A stretch of DNA of 63,967 nucleotides, filler included, from Octopus bimaculoides (GCF_001194135.2; 9 parts of 9 records of this genome joined end to end with filler, not necessarily neighbours in it), one strand, 5' to 3'. Positions 40,191-53,965 are shown, numbered from the whole stretch's first letter. Notes: generated by a model from the sequence alone, not told the origin. Made by a program: numbers and translations.

Positions 40191-40332
40191 AATGCAACAT
40201 TGGCACTGTTTCTGTATTACGTCTCAAAACTCGAAGAATAAAAGTGAAACCTTCGACGGATTAACAGTTATAAATAGTTTCACTTTTATATCGTTTCACG
40301 TATGTATGTATGTATGTATGTATGTATATCTT

Positions 40333-40374
<42 letters not shown>

Positions 40375-40724
40375 CGTATGTACATATAATATATATGTAC
40401 TTATATATGTGTATATATATGTGCATATTCTCTTTTACTCTTACGTGTTTCAGTCATTTGACTGTGGCCATGCTGGAGCACTGCCTTTAGTCGAGCAAAT
40501 CGGCCCCAGGTCTTATTCTTTGTAAGCCTAGTACTTATTCTATGAGTCTCTTTTGCCGAACCGTTAAGTTACGGGGACATAAACACACCAGCATCGGTTG
40601 TCAAGCGATTTTGGGGGGACAAACNNNNNNNNNNNNNNNNNNNNNNNNNNNNNNNNNNNNNNNNNNNNTTAATTAATTAANNNNNNNNNNNNNNNNNNNN
40701 NNNNNNNNNNNNNNNNNNNNNNNN

Positions 40725-40878
40725 AGAACTACTGATTTCAAAACTACAAATTATTACTCTAGATTGATAGCGATATTTTTGATACACACAGAACAAAAAA
40801 CAGTTTTTGTTCTGTGTGTACCATAAATATCGCTATCAATCTGGAGTAATAATTTGTAGTTTTGAAATCAGTAGTTCT
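40725..40878. repeat. Near-perfect palindrome, 75-bp arms with a 4-nt loop
   Basis: 40725-40799 versus 40804-40878, 3 mismatches. The left arm starts at a gap edge. Confidence 0.92.
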
Positions 40879-41582
40879 TTGACTGCTGTTTCTGAATTCT
40901 CAGTATGTTGGAGAAGCAGGTTACTGTCGATCCCTATATATTTATGATATATATATATATATATATATATTATACTATACTATACTATACTCATTCTACA
41001 GCACTATAAGATAACACACTAAGCCATACTATAATACCATTATAGTATAACTATATTTCACCACACTGCAGCATATATTCTGTAGTTCACACCAAACAGC
41101 ATGCAGTACTACGATTTATAACAACACCACCACCATCACTACCGCCGCAATAACTCTACACCGCATTATCGAACCAAAAACTCTATCAAGCCCTACACTG
41201 CGGTGTCTCGACGTGGTCGCTTCACTTACAAGAAATAACAGCCAAATTCCCTTCGTAAAAGAAAGCAATGCAAACATACATTGAACAATGCAGCCTCCCT
41301 CTCCAGTGAAAACAAAATAAATGATAAAATAAATAAGTAAATGAGTAAATAAATAAATGAATAAAAGGGGGTATTGTTCATTCATGGCTAGATAGGACGC
41401 CTCGGATCATAAAGTGTACCGGATTGAGGCAGACCTAGGGTTAAAAAGCCCCTCGATGACAGCAACGACACGTCGGTCTGTTTAACACGTTATATCACAT
41501 AAGATTAGACTGCACCACTCCACAAACTCTCTCTAAATCACAACAAACAACAGAAGCCTACAACTACTACTANNNNNNNNNN

Positions 41583-41632
<50 letters not shown>

Positions 41633-42386
41633 GTTAACACCATTGCGTGTAATCAATAACAAACGACGAAAACACACGACCACTAAGGCGACACTTTATA
41701 CTAGCCATCACACAGCACAAGTCGCTGCAGCACACTACACTACACTACGCTATACTTTACTACACTTCACTACATCACACTACAGTGTGCACTATGTCCC
41801 CAGTATTACTAAACTGTACTGTACAGTACTGTGGCAATTACACGACGCAAGTCAATGAGGGGTGACTGTACGATATATGTAAATATATATATATGTATAT
41901 ATATGGTTGTTGAGCTTGCTAGAAAGACCAGCCAAATCTCCCTCAAATGTCATACCCTACCTTCTGAAGTACGAACACATTGGATAAGATTATGTAGCCC
42001 TTGAAAGACACGCGTGTACACAAACACACACACACATACATACATACATACATATATATATATATACATACACACTCACGCTCACACGCACACACACACA
42101 TATATATACATATATACATACACATATATGTATATATATGTAAACATTTAATATAAACTGTATTTAAATTCGCGCTAGAGAGAGAGAGAGTATGTTTGTA
42201 TATATGCTTATATATGTATTAAAGATGGTGTAGTCGTGGCTGGAACGCCTTGATCATAAAGTTACTTCTCTGGAGGTTGACCCAGGGCCAAACAGCAACA
42301 ACAAAGTGCACACACACCACAGTATAACAGTCACATTTATAAATACACACACACATACACACACATAAACAGTACATTGCCCGATT

Positions 42387-42430
<44 letters not shown>

Positions 42431-42500
42431 TCCAACTGCTGCTGCTACTTGATTTTGTTGTTGCCATTTGCTGTTAGCGTTGTTGTCACATTTGTTGTTC

Positions 42501-42567
<67 letters not shown>

Positions 42568-42959
42568 GGTGGAGGTGGCGGTATAAGTGGCGGTAGTGGT
42601 GGTGTTAGTGTTGCTGACGGAGGTGGCGGCGGCGGCAGCGGTGTCGGTGGTGGTAGTGGTGGTGGTGGGAGTTGGTGTCGTCGCTGTTTGATAAGCATCA
42701 ACGTGGGAGATTCGATTACGGCGACTATTTTAACTGAAGAAGAAGAAGAGTGACAAAAACAACAACAACAACAAAGGAAGTTACGGGAGGAAACTAATAC
42801 ACGGAAGGAGAAAAGATAAGAGGAAGAAAAATTATTGAAAGAAATAAAGAAGAAAACATGGACTAAGCTACGTTTAAAACGTATTTAAAGGTAGGCTAAT
42901 TGTTGTTGTTGATGTTGTTGTCATGGATGTTGTTCTCGTAGTTGATGCTGTGACAATTT

Positions 42960-43830
42960 TAGCCTCTAGTTATCCTCTAATCAAGCAGACCTCCCTTCTA
43001 AAGCCCCGTTCCAGTCGATCCGTGTGACAATCACACACACACACACACACACATTATCACATATGTGTGTGGGTTTGTCTTTCGTATTTTCTAAGGCTTG
43101 AGAACGCGATTCGAAGATTCTGCTGCTATTTCTAGCTGTTCATCTTTGATATTGTGTTCTTGTTATTTGGCCCTAGGTCAGCCAAGATCGAACAGACCTT
43201 TGATCAGAAGTATCCCAGCCATACCAATCCACTCTTGTCTGTCCCTCACATAAGACAGTTACGATGCGATTTGAGTGAGATTTGGTTGTTATTTCTAGCA
43301 GGTCGTATAATTATTTAGTCCCAGGTCAGCCGTGATCGAAATAGACCTGTGGTCAAAGGCATGCCAGCCGTGGCCATCCACTTTTGTTTGTTGAGAAAGA
43401 TTTGGCTGATATTTCTCACAGATCGTAGTTTTGTTGTTGTTGTTGTTGTTCAATGGTTATTATTCAGCCCCAGGTCAGCCGTGACCGAGCAGACCTATGA
43501 TCAGAGGTAACCCAACCGTAGCCATCCAGTCTTGTCTATCCATCACATTAGACAGGAGGTATGATTTGAGGAAGATTTCATTGCTATTTCTAGCAGGTCG
43601 TATAACTGCTGTTCTTGTATTATCATCATCAAGCCCTTAGATCTGCCGTGATCGAACTGACCTATGATCAAAAAGTCTTCCAACCGTGTCCATCCCGTCT
43701 TTTTAGAGGAAACAAATCTAGGACTACCATTAACCATTATCCTATGTATCCTGTCGTGTCTTTTGTGTGATTCGAGGGAAACTTGGTCGCTATTTCTAGC
43801 AGATCGAGCAACCATGTACAGGTTCGCTTG
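42960..43830 (-). repeat. Head-to-tail array of about 5 copies of a short (AAC)n-tailed retroposon
   Basis: AGGTCAGCC-type motif at 43175, 43323, 43472 and 43639 (spacing 148, 149, 167), plus a remnant near 42980. Each is followed by CAGACCT.TGATCA and GCTATTTCTAGCAG; opposite-strand copies at 41214-41470 and 41903-42305. Confidence 0.85.
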
Positions 43831-43849
43831 CTTTGATATTGCTGTTGAT

Positions 43850-43912
<63 letters not shown>

Positions 43913-44629
43913 GGTGGTGCAGTGTTGCTATTTGTTGCTGTGGCGCTACAGCAGCATCTTTTGCTGCTGCTGCTGCTGCTGTTGCTACTGATGTCGTACT
44001 TGTTATTGTCNNNNNNNNNNNNNNNNNNNNNNNNNNNNNNNNNNNNNNNNNNNNNNNNNNNNNNNNNNNNNNNNNNNNNNNNNNNNNNNNNNNNNNNNNN
44101 NNNNNNNNNNNNNNNNNNNNNNNNNNNNNNNNNNNNNNNNNNNNNNNNNNNNNNNNNNNNNNNNNNNNNNNNNNNNNNNNNNNNNNNNNNNNNNNNNNNN
44201 NNNNNNNNNNNNNNNNNNNNNNNNNNNNNNNNNNNNNNNNNNNNNNNNNNNNNNNNNNNNNNNNNNNNNNNNNNNNNNNNNNNNNNNNNNNNNNNNNNNN
44301 NNNNNNNNNNNNNNNNNNNNNNNNNNNNNNNNNNNNNNNNNNNNNNNNNNNNNNNNNNNNNNNNNNNNNNNNNNNNNNNNNNNNNNNNNNNNNNNNNNNN
44401 NNNNNNNNNNNNNNNNNNNNNNNNNNNNNNNNNNNNNNNNNNNNNNNNNNNNNNNNNNNNNNNNNNNNNNNNNNNNNNNNNNNNNNNNNNNNNNNNNNNN
44501 NNNNNNNNNNNNNNNNNNNNNNNNNNNNNNNNNNNNNNNNNNNNNNNNNNNNNNNNNNNNNNNNNNNNNNNNNNNNNNNNNNNNNNNNNNNNNNNNNNNN
44601 NNTATATCTTTAGCATTTAAAAAAAAATC

Positions 44630-45030
44630 TTTTACTTGTTTCAGTCATTGGACTGCGGCCATGCTGGGGCACCACATTGAAGACCTTTTAGTCAAATGAA
44701 TCGATCCCAGTATTTGTTTTTCTATTATTTTTTTTTTATGTCAGCCTGGTACTTAATTTATTGGTGTTTTTACCGAACTGCTAAGTTACAGGAACGTAAA
44801 CACACCAACACCGGTTGCCAGGCGGCAGTAGGGGACAACACACACACATATATATGTATATATACGACGAGCTTCTTTCAGTTTTCTTCTATCAAATCCA
44901 CGCACAAGGCTTTAATCGGCCCGAGGCTATAGTACAAGACACTAACCGAAGGTGTCACGCAGTGGGACTGCACCCAGAACCATGTGTTTGGGAAGTAGGC
45001 TTCTCATCACACAACCATTCCTGCGCCTAT
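44630..45030 (-). mobile_element. SINE family B, near full length
   Basis: From GGCGCAGGAATGGTTGTGTG (head) to CAGCATGGCCGCAGTCCAATGACTGAAACAAGTAAAAG (tail) on the minus strand. Confidence 0.85.
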
Positions 45031-45557
45031 TTTGTCCATTAACGAAAAAAAGAACACTTCTTTACATTTTTGCCTCTCCACCACCACCATTTCATATCCT
45101 TTACGATAAATTTTCGCTTTTACTCCCGTCTTGAGAGACAGGTTGCAATAGAGAAATTCACCGCTAAGAGGCAGAAGCAAATACCACAAGGCACTTTGTC
45201 CAGCACGGACGATTCTGAGATGCAAGGCCACGTATTTTTAAGGATGGACAAGGGACATTAGATAGTGGTGCCTGCAAAGAGTTTAAATCGGGGAGCACAA
45301 TTTTAGTACCAGGGGTGAATTGTTAGTATATAATAAACCGCGTGTGTGCGTGTGTGCGTGTGTACATATATGTATGTATGCGATTTATTTCACTAAAATG
45401 TGTATGTCTGTCTCTGTGTGTGCGCGTGCATATAATTACACCTACATACGTACACACACACACAGACACACGCACATATATATGTACATGAATATGTATG
45501 AATACATACACATACATACAAACACACACAGAGACAGATAGACGGACGGACAGACAA

Positions 45558-45614
<57 letters not shown>

Positions 45615-45680
45615 CGGACGGACAGACAGACAAATAGATANNNNNNNNNNAGAGATAGACAGACAGATAGACGGACAGAC

Positions 45681-45742
<62 letters not shown>

Positions 45743-46010
45743 GTTTCCCTGTATCGACCAGCCTATCGGTTTCCCTGTATCGACCGCTGGTCACAATGCG
45801 CTGAGCATTGTTTCAACTTTCGAATGATGCACCGCCATCGCTGGCTAGGCGGGCAGGCCAACATTCCCCCACGAACCGAATACAAGTCCGTGGCAGGGCT
45901 GTTCATTTACAGATGAGTAAACTGCACCAACACAAAATGAATTGTTTTGCTCAAGAATGCAGCGCATCATCCGGTCTGGGAATTGATACCACGATCTCGC
46001 GATCATGAGT

Positions 46011-46258
46011 TATTTCTTTACTGCCCACAAGGGGCTACGCACAGAGGGGATAAACAAGGACAGACAAACGGATTAAGTCGATTATATCGACCCCAGTGCG
46101 TAACTAGTACTTATTTAATCGACCCCGAAAGGATGAAAGGCAAAGTCGACCTCGGCGGAATTTGAACTCAGAACGTAGCNNNNNNNNNNNNNNNNNNNNN
46201 NNNNNNNNNNNNNNNNNGCAGACGAAATACCGCTAAGCATTTCGCCCGGCGTGCTAAC
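46011..46258 (-). mobile_element. tRNA-derived SINE family A with Tx1-like tail
   Basis: Head GTTAGCACGCCGGGCGAAATGCTTAG, body GTCGACTTTGCCTTTCATCC. Other family A copies at about 3841-4040, 14876-15002, 27751-27948 (+) and 21685-21863, 28608-28820, 56256-56392, 58355-58570 (-). Confidence 0.85.
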
Positions 46259-46479
46259 CATAACCACTCGTCCACGTGCCTTCACACTCCACACTTACAC
46301 TTAAACACACGCGCGCGCGCGCGCTTCCAGTTCGTTGCTTCACAGCGTTCAACATACACATAATTTTTCACGTCTGGCCGTATAGCCTTTTCCGTTTGTT
46401 TTCCTGTCTTGTTTTCTTTCCGTTTGTTTTCCTGTCCTGTTTTCTGTCCGTCACTACATTGCTCTATAGTACAAGTTTA

Positions 46480-46860
46480 ATTTGTGTATACAAATTTAAT
46501 TTGTGGTCCGTGGGAAGAGCCATTTTAACGATGCGTCCTGCCATACTCTTCGAAACGCCTGTGTTAGAATGGGGGTAGCTGATGAAGGAAAATGTTCTCT
46601 ATGTGGCCTGTGTGTTTTCTGTACTGTGGTTATTATTATTTTTTTCTCTACGTTTTGTTTGCAATGTCCCGTACCCAGATATGCACGTAGGTATGCACAT
46701 ACCTGTACGTATATATGCATATACTCATTTATTATTTGTTTTACATATATTTTTTTTTTCTCACCTGATGAACATAGTGACATGAAACTCGAATCGCTAG
46801 ATAAACTTTCAGTTTCAGTAAAAGAAAAAAATATTCATATCCTCTACAAGGACTGAGCAT
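46480..46860 (+). mobile_element. Unclassified interspersed repeat (reverse copy at about 53250-53470)
   Basis: GTGGGAAGAGCCATTTTAACGATGCGTCCTG...CTCTTCGAAACGCC...GCTGATGAAGGA is shared with the reverse complement of 53340-53430. Confidence 0.7.
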
Positions 46861-46914
46861 TCGTCCGACACAAACCAACGTACGTATACGCACACAGCCA
46901 TACACACACACATA

Positions 46915-47192
46915 TATCGTGGCACTCCGTCGGTAACGACGACCAGGGTTCCAGTTGATCCGATCAACGGAACAGCCTGCTCGTGAAATTAACGTGCAAG
47001 TGGCTGAGCACTCCACAGACACGTGTACCCTTAACGTAGTTCTCGGGGAGATTCAGCGTGACACAGTGTAACAAGGTACAACAGAAACAGGAAGAAAGAG
47101 TGAGAGAAAGTTCTAGTGAAAGAGTACAGAAGGGTTCGCCACTACACCCCTCGTGGAGCTTTAGGTGTTTTCGCTCAATAAACACTCGCAAC
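46915..47192 (-). mobile_element. OR-like SINE, partial
   Basis: Reverse complement of the 55530-55830 segment with few differences; runs into a gap. Confidence 0.85.
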
Positions 47193-47299
47193 NNNNNNNN
47201 NNNNNNNNNNNNNNNNNNNNNNNNNNNNNNNNNNNNTTAATTAATTAANNNNNNNNNNNNNNNNNNNNNNNNNNNNNNNNNNNNNNNNNNNNTATATAT

Positions 47300-47335
<36 letters not shown>

Positions 47336-47507
47336 GCATGTACGTATCCATATATGCTGTTGAAATCTTATTTGGGTACATAGCCACACGTACAGAACAT
47401 ATATACACTGAAATCTCCATAGGTATGTACGTAATTTCTTACATAAACACATACGGAAGTATATTTATAACTTTCAATGTACTTCTCTCTCTTTCTCCCT
47501 ACAAACA

Positions 47508-47570
<63 letters not shown>

Positions 47571-47998
47571 GCACAAAGCCACATACACACACATGCACAC
47601 ACATATGTTAGATGTGGAAAAGAAAAAAAACAGGAAGTAAGAAAGAAAGCATTGAAATCTTTTACATATGGTTGTGTAGTCAAGAAGCCAGCGATAAGAT
47701 AGGCCAGTCACACAGAAAGGTAAAACCTAATAAAGTACAGCATTTTGAGCGCACACGTTTCTCAAAGACGGCCTGCACTGATACGGTTTCCGCCTGGGGT
47801 CTATAGGGACCATCAGTTCGTAAAATATGTGTACTTACGCGCGCGCGTGTGCGTGCGTGCATGTGTGTGTGTGTGTATGTGTTCTTTCAAGTTGACTATA
47901 TGGGAGGGCGAGGAATAATTAGATATACTGAGCATATGTGATGTGTGTGTATATATGTATGTATATGTATAGGTAGGTATATACAAATTTATATCCAA

Positions 47999-48038
<40 letters not shown>

Positions 48039-48744
48039 NNNNNNNNNNNNNNNNNNNNNNNNNNNNNNNNNNNNNNNNNNNNNNNNNNNNNNNNNNNNNN
48101 NNNNNNNNNNNNNNNNNNNNNNNNNNNNNNNNNNNNNNNNNNNNNNNNNNNNNNNNNNNNNNNNNNNNNNNNNNNNNNNNNNNNNNNNNNNNNNNNNNNN
48201 NNNNNNNNNNNNNNNNNNNNNNNNNNNNNNNNNNNNNNNNNNNNNNNNNNNNNNNNNNNNNNNNNNNNNNNNNNNNNNNNNNNNNNNNNNNNNNNNNNNN
48301 NNNNNNNNNNNNNNNNNNNNNNNNNNNNNNNNNNNNNNNNNNNNNNNNNNNNNNNNNNNNNNNNNNNNNNNNNNNNNNNNNNNNNNNNNNNNNNNNNNNN
48401 NNNNNNNNNNNNNNNNNNNNNNNNNNNNNNNNNNNNNNNNNNNNNNNNNNNNNNNNNNNNNNNNNNNNNNNNNNNNNNNNNNNNNNNNNNNNNNNNNNNN
48501 NNNNNNNNNNNNNNNNNNNNNNNNNNNNNNNNNNNNNNNNNNNNNNNNNNNNNNNNNNNNNNNNNNNNNNNNNNNNNNNNNNNNNNNNNNNNNNNNNNNN
48601 NNNNNNNNNNNNNNNNNNNNNNNNNNNNNNNNNNNNNNNNNNNNNNNNNNNNNNNNNNNNNNNNNNNNNNNNNNNNNNNNNNNNNNNNNNNNNNNNNNNN
48701 NNNNNNNNNNNNNNNNNNNNNNNNNNNNNNNNNNNNNNNNNNNN

Positions 48745-48795
<51 letters not shown>

Positions 48796-49603
48796 GACGA
48801 TGAAGGTTCCAGTTGATCCGATCAACGGAACAGCTTGCTCGTGAGATTAAAGTGCAAATGGCTGGGCACTCAACAGACACGCGTACCCCTTCACATATTT
48901 CTCAGGGAGATTCGGCGTGACACAGAGTGTGACAAGGCTGGTCCCTTTGAAATACAGGTACAACTAATTTTTACCAGCTGAGAGAACCGCAGCAACGTAC
49001 ACACACACGTACACAAACGTGCTTTTACACAGTTTCCTTCTACCAAGTGCACTCGAAAGGCACTGGTCAGATGGGGCTGTATAGCAGAAGAGTGCAAACT
49101 GTGCTTCTTAACCACACAGCCATGTTGTAGAATACATCATTTGTTAGGATCGGAGACCACTTACTGTAACAAAGAAACAGGAAAATCCTATCTGAGAAAC
49201 TTACGCTAGGAAATCTGTACATCTTGAAGGTGTAGGCTTAAACATCTATCATCCGTCATTACTTGACACTTAAAATCGTGTTGCCATAAAAACAAATGAA
49301 AAACAAGAAAAGATATTAAGAACACTGAAATAAAATGCCAGGAGCGGAGAAGACAAAAAGAAAAACAGAAACAATAAAAATTCTGAATCACCAATTATAA
49401 GACGGGCAGTAGCAATTATGTTTGCATTGAAGAAAACAGGAGGATTGGTAGGGCCGTTTTAATCTCGTACTTCGTCATTGTTTGACAACATTTTCCTTAA
49501 TTGTGTGTGAGAAGGTGTAGTTTGTTAAATATGAGGGAACAATCAGTAAACGATTGCTGCAAAAACATCAAACAAAGACACGAAATAAAAATGAAGTGAA
49601 ATG

Positions 49604-49618
49604 AAATGGCGGCCATTT
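49604..49618. promoter_or_regulatory. Palindromic double YY1-like motif AAATGGCGGCCATTT
   Basis: 7-bp arms around one G, matching the YY1 core (AAnATGGC) on both strands, in locally CpG-containing unique sequence. Confidence 0.35.
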
Positions 49619-49759
49619 TCAGGACATCATCGATCGGCGGACGGATATATCATTGCTTCCACAACACTGAACGTACATCAAACGGTTAAAAACAACGAAG
49701 GATTGATGCTGGCTTTCCCCACCTCACTTCGCTAACTTCTCCGAAATTGTTTCCGCATA

Positions 49760-49806
<47 letters not shown>

Positions 49807-49909
49807 TATNNNNNNNNNNNNNNNNNNNNNNNNNNNNNNNNNNNNNNNNNNNNTTAATTAATTAANNNNNNNNNNNNNNNNNNNNNNNNNNNNNNNNNNN
49901 NNNNNNNNN

Positions 49910-49961
<52 letters not shown>

Positions 49962-50867
49962 CAAGTTTGAATGTATGTAGCTATTAACGTACGATCAAAT
50001 ATGCAACGGTTTCTTTTATTTATCAAGAAATATCAAGAATCTTAATGGAATACATAAGAATAAGTAAATAAATAATCTCTGATTAAGAACATCGGTAACG
50101 AACACACAAGCTTATATCACAAAGACCGAACCTAAACGTGCAAAATGGACAAAGTAAACATCAAAACAAGACTATTCCCAACCCTACGACATCTACAAAA
50201 TACTAACAATAACAGAACCAGAGCAACACAAACAAGAAATATAAATGAAAGGAAAATATGAGGGAGATTTAGGAATAGATAATTGCAAAGTTGAATTAAT
50301 GAACATGATTACACTGTGTAACACGATTTTTGTCCTTGGTTAGCAACTGTTATTTCTTATTTGTTTTTACTTCTAGGAAGTATGAAAAATGGCTAGTATT
50401 TTCTTCAAACTTTGCTTTTGTTACGATATTTATTTAAACCCGAAGGAATCACTCTCACTCTCCCCTACTGCTCCTGCTCAGGATCAGAGATGCACATATT
50501 GTCAGCTACTAGGAGACATGCTCAAGTGGTTAAAGTCAAACCACTGACAAGCACATCTGTGGTATTAAGCAGAATATTTGTTATAACGATATTTCTGCTT
50601 CAGCAACTCAGTGTTGAATCTGTCTGAAATGTAATAGAAAATAGGTCAGAAAATTGGTCCAGGTCAGAAAGGCAAAGTTTGAAGGGAATTGTAGTCACTT
50701 GCTTTGGTTTCTAGATAGAAGCAAAGAGGAAATTACACTTAGTGATCAAAGGCAAAAATAAATAAATAAATAAATAAATAATAAAAATGTTGTTACACAG
50801 TGTAATTGAAAAGTTGAATCCATGAAGATGATTATTTTAAAGGAGGAAATATTTAAGGCGTTCAAAA

Positions 50868-51133
50868 CAGTGATCCGCAACTTGGGTCCACATGACTTTT
50901 GGGGCCCCCTTGGGAGTTCATATAAGGTTTTATTGCTAAGATTTATGTGCAATAAACTGATTATACTTCTACAATATACAAACTATCATAACAATTGTTT
51001 TTACACATTTCCTAATAATATTTGATTATAAAAATACAGTAGGATTTTTTAAACATTGAATAGCTAGGAAGGTCCAACTCAGCAAAATAGCAATCGAGGG
51101 GATCCGTAGGTAGAAAATGGTTGAGAACCACTG
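50868..51133. mobile_element. hAT-like MITE
   Basis: Termini CAGTGATCCGCAAC / GTTGAGAACCACTG (imperfect CAG-type TIRs). No matching 8-bp TSD. Confidence 0.45.
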
Positions 51134-52482
51134 TAGTAGATATTTCTGTAGTCCAATAGCTCCCAACTATTCTTATTGGCCCTTTAATTAACCCTTTTAA
51201 TTCTTATTTCATTGGATCCCATAGTTATTCAATATCTAAAAACTAGAGTTGACATTTCTTTCAAAATTCCTATTTTGTTTTTCACGCATTAACTTGTATA
51301 GGTTGAACTATGCAAAATGCGAAAGAAAGAAACGTACCTGTTTCTTGCAATACATACATCATCAACGACATTTTTTCATGGATCTTTAATACACTGTGGA
51401 TCTCCAATTCACTATCGTGCTTGCATGGAACCTCAAAAATCTCAGATGAAACCGTTGGGGTCATATGAATTCCGGTTAAGAACGACTACTGTTGACCAAC
51501 GGAAATATTTCCAACGATATAAACCGGATATAAAATACAATATGCAATAAAAAGAAAAAAGTTCATTACATGAGATACAAGCAGTATTAGTTCAAAATAG
51601 TAATCCCTGCTTCATACCTAATGTAGAAAAATATCATTCAAAGCCTAAGTAACTGCGATATTCCCTCTGAGATAGTATCCCTTATAGACGCATAGTGTTT
51701 ATATATATATCAGTAGGAGAAGGAAATTCTTCAGCAGTGGTGGTAGCATTGCTAAATGCACATTTCTGTCTCTTTGAGATTCATCAGTAGCCTGTATCTG
51801 CTGGCAACTGCATACTAAGACAGACTCTGCTGCTACTGATGTAGTGAAACAGCCAGCCACAACAGAGTTAAATCAAGACAGACACGGGTATTAATGTCAC
51901 TAGGTTAAATAGTAGCTACAGTAGTTGCAAAGAATAGTGGATAGTTACTCTGATTTATGTATATGGAAATATCAATGAATAATAATAGTGATGATGATGA
52001 TGAGGAGGAGGAGGAGGAAGAGGAGGNNNNNNNNNNNNNNNNNNNNNNNNNNNNNNNNNNNNNNNNNNNNNNNNNNNNNNNNNNNNNNNNNNNNNNNNNN
52101 NNNNNNNNNNNNNNNNNNNNNNNNNNNNNNNNNNNNNNNNNNNNNNNNNNNNNNNNNNNNNNNNNNNNNNNNNNNNNNNNNNNNNNNNNNNNNNNNNNNN
52201 NNNNNNNNNNNNNNNNNNNNNNNNNNNNNNNNNNNNNNNNNNNNNNNNNNNNNNNNNNNNNNNNNNNNNNNNNNNNNNNNNNNNNNNNNNNNNNNNNNNN
52301 NNNNNNNNNNNNNNNNNNNNNNNNNNNNNAGGAGGAGGAAAAGGAGGAGGAGGAGGAAAAGGAGGAGGATATTAATAACAACAACGAGAAGAAGAAGAAG
52401 AAGAAGAAGAAGAAGAAGAAGAAGAAAAAGAAGAAGAACAACAACAACAACAATAACAACAACAACAGCAATAACAACAACA

Positions 52483-52514
<32 letters not shown>

Positions 52515-52959
52515 GATAACATGGTAAACAAACAATTACAGAGGAAAGATCTCTCAACTCTTAATAAAATCATTAATAATATGGTATTTGAAAGGAGAGA
52601 GAAAAAAACAAATGAAAAAAGGAGGGACAAACATTAGAGAAAGTGAAAGTTGTAAAAAAAAACATGCACGAAATGATAGAAGGACGGAAACAAGTTAAAT
52701 CGCAAAGAAGCGTTGTTTTGAAAAGTGACAAGAACATGGGAGGAAGGAGAATCAGAAGATAACGGTTAAGGAAGAAAATATTCCTGACGAGATTGTTCAA
52801 AACAATGAACCCAGAGTTTGAACAAACGTAGAGGAGACGTGACGACACACACATGTATTTATGGATATGCATTTATGTATATAAATGCATGTACGCATAC
52901 ATGTACGTGTGTATGTATGGTGGTGCATGTACATGCAAACATATGATATACATATATAC

Positions 52960-53168
52960 GAAGTGGTGCTGGAAGCTTTAAAGATGTCACGAAAGGCCTG
53001 GTTGAAGGCCCAACCTTCCGAGTTCTTTTACAAGACTTAGAAAAACTGAAGGAGCGCTGCAATAAGAGTTTGAATCTGAGAAGGGAATATGTTGAATGAA
53101 ATCATAATTAACTGACCCTCCTGCATTTTCTTTTACCCAAAACCAGAAACTTTACGGCACCCCATCGT
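52960..53168 (+). mobile_element. mariner 3' end with TIR
   Basis: DLEKLKERCNKSLNLRREYVE* is the mariner C-terminus, followed by AACTTTACGGCACCCCATCGTA. A similar inverted end TACGAGAGAGTGTTGAAATGTT lies at 14396. Confidence 0.65.
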
Positions 53169-53789
53169 ATGTATGTATGTATGTATGTACAAACAATATA
53201 TGAGTATATGCATATATATGCACATGTATGTACATACCTTCATCTACATGTACATATAGATACATATCTGGGTACATGACGTTGCAAAAGAACATGGACA
53301 AAATAAACAAGGTACAACAAACAAGCAGGCCACATGGAGAACATATCCTTCATCAGCTGCCACCATTAAAACACCGGCGTTTCGAAGAGTTAGAGCAGGA
53401 CGCATCGTTAAAATGGCTCTTCCCACGAACACAAATTAAATTTTTTTCGTGGAGGAGGGAAAACAAGACAGGAAATGTATGTATGCATGCATGGCGATGC
53501 AAGTACTAAAGTGTATGTATATATATTTTCTTCGTTAACCGTTATCTTCTGATTCTCCTTCCCCAATGGATAAAGATGTAGCTGTCTTGCGCACGTGTTT
53601 TCGGTACGTATTTGCAACCGCATAATTATTCATTAATTAGCAATCTCGTTGACGATTTAGATTCCCAATTAGTTTATCTGGCAATTAATAGAGAAACTCG
53701 AGTTCGGGATTAACTAATTTATCTTTTGTTCGTTTGGGTGTTATAACAGAGTGCCTCATGAATTCCCTTTTTTTCGCTGTTTAGGTTTT

Positions 53790-53965
53790 AACTGCCCTTT
53801 CTAGCATGCCCTTTCTCCACACTGGTAGCATATTGGAGGTCTTCCTTCCACCACCACTCTTAATCTCACTTCCTCGGGTAATACGACCTCCTCTGCAATT
53901 TTGTGCAAATCCTGCAAACTGACCTGGACCGCCACCTCGAGACCGTTCCGCCATCAGTTTACCTC
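53790..53965 (-). mobile_element. Tx1/L1-type ORF1 fragment with zinc knuckle
   Basis: GLEVAVQVSLQDLHKIAEEVVLPEEVRLRVVVEGRPPICYQCGER matches GRPPxCYxCGxxGH. Confidence 0.6.

Noticed and set aside
43169-43830. Repeat-spacer look resembling a CRISPR array
   Set aside because: Eukaryotic context, diverged units over 100 bp, microsatellite spacers, no cas genes; it is a retroposon array.
46766-46789. CTGATGA...GAAAC hammerhead-like core in a repeat
   Set aside because: Stem II pairs only at its first position, and no GUH with a matching stem III or stem I follows; at most a dead remnant.
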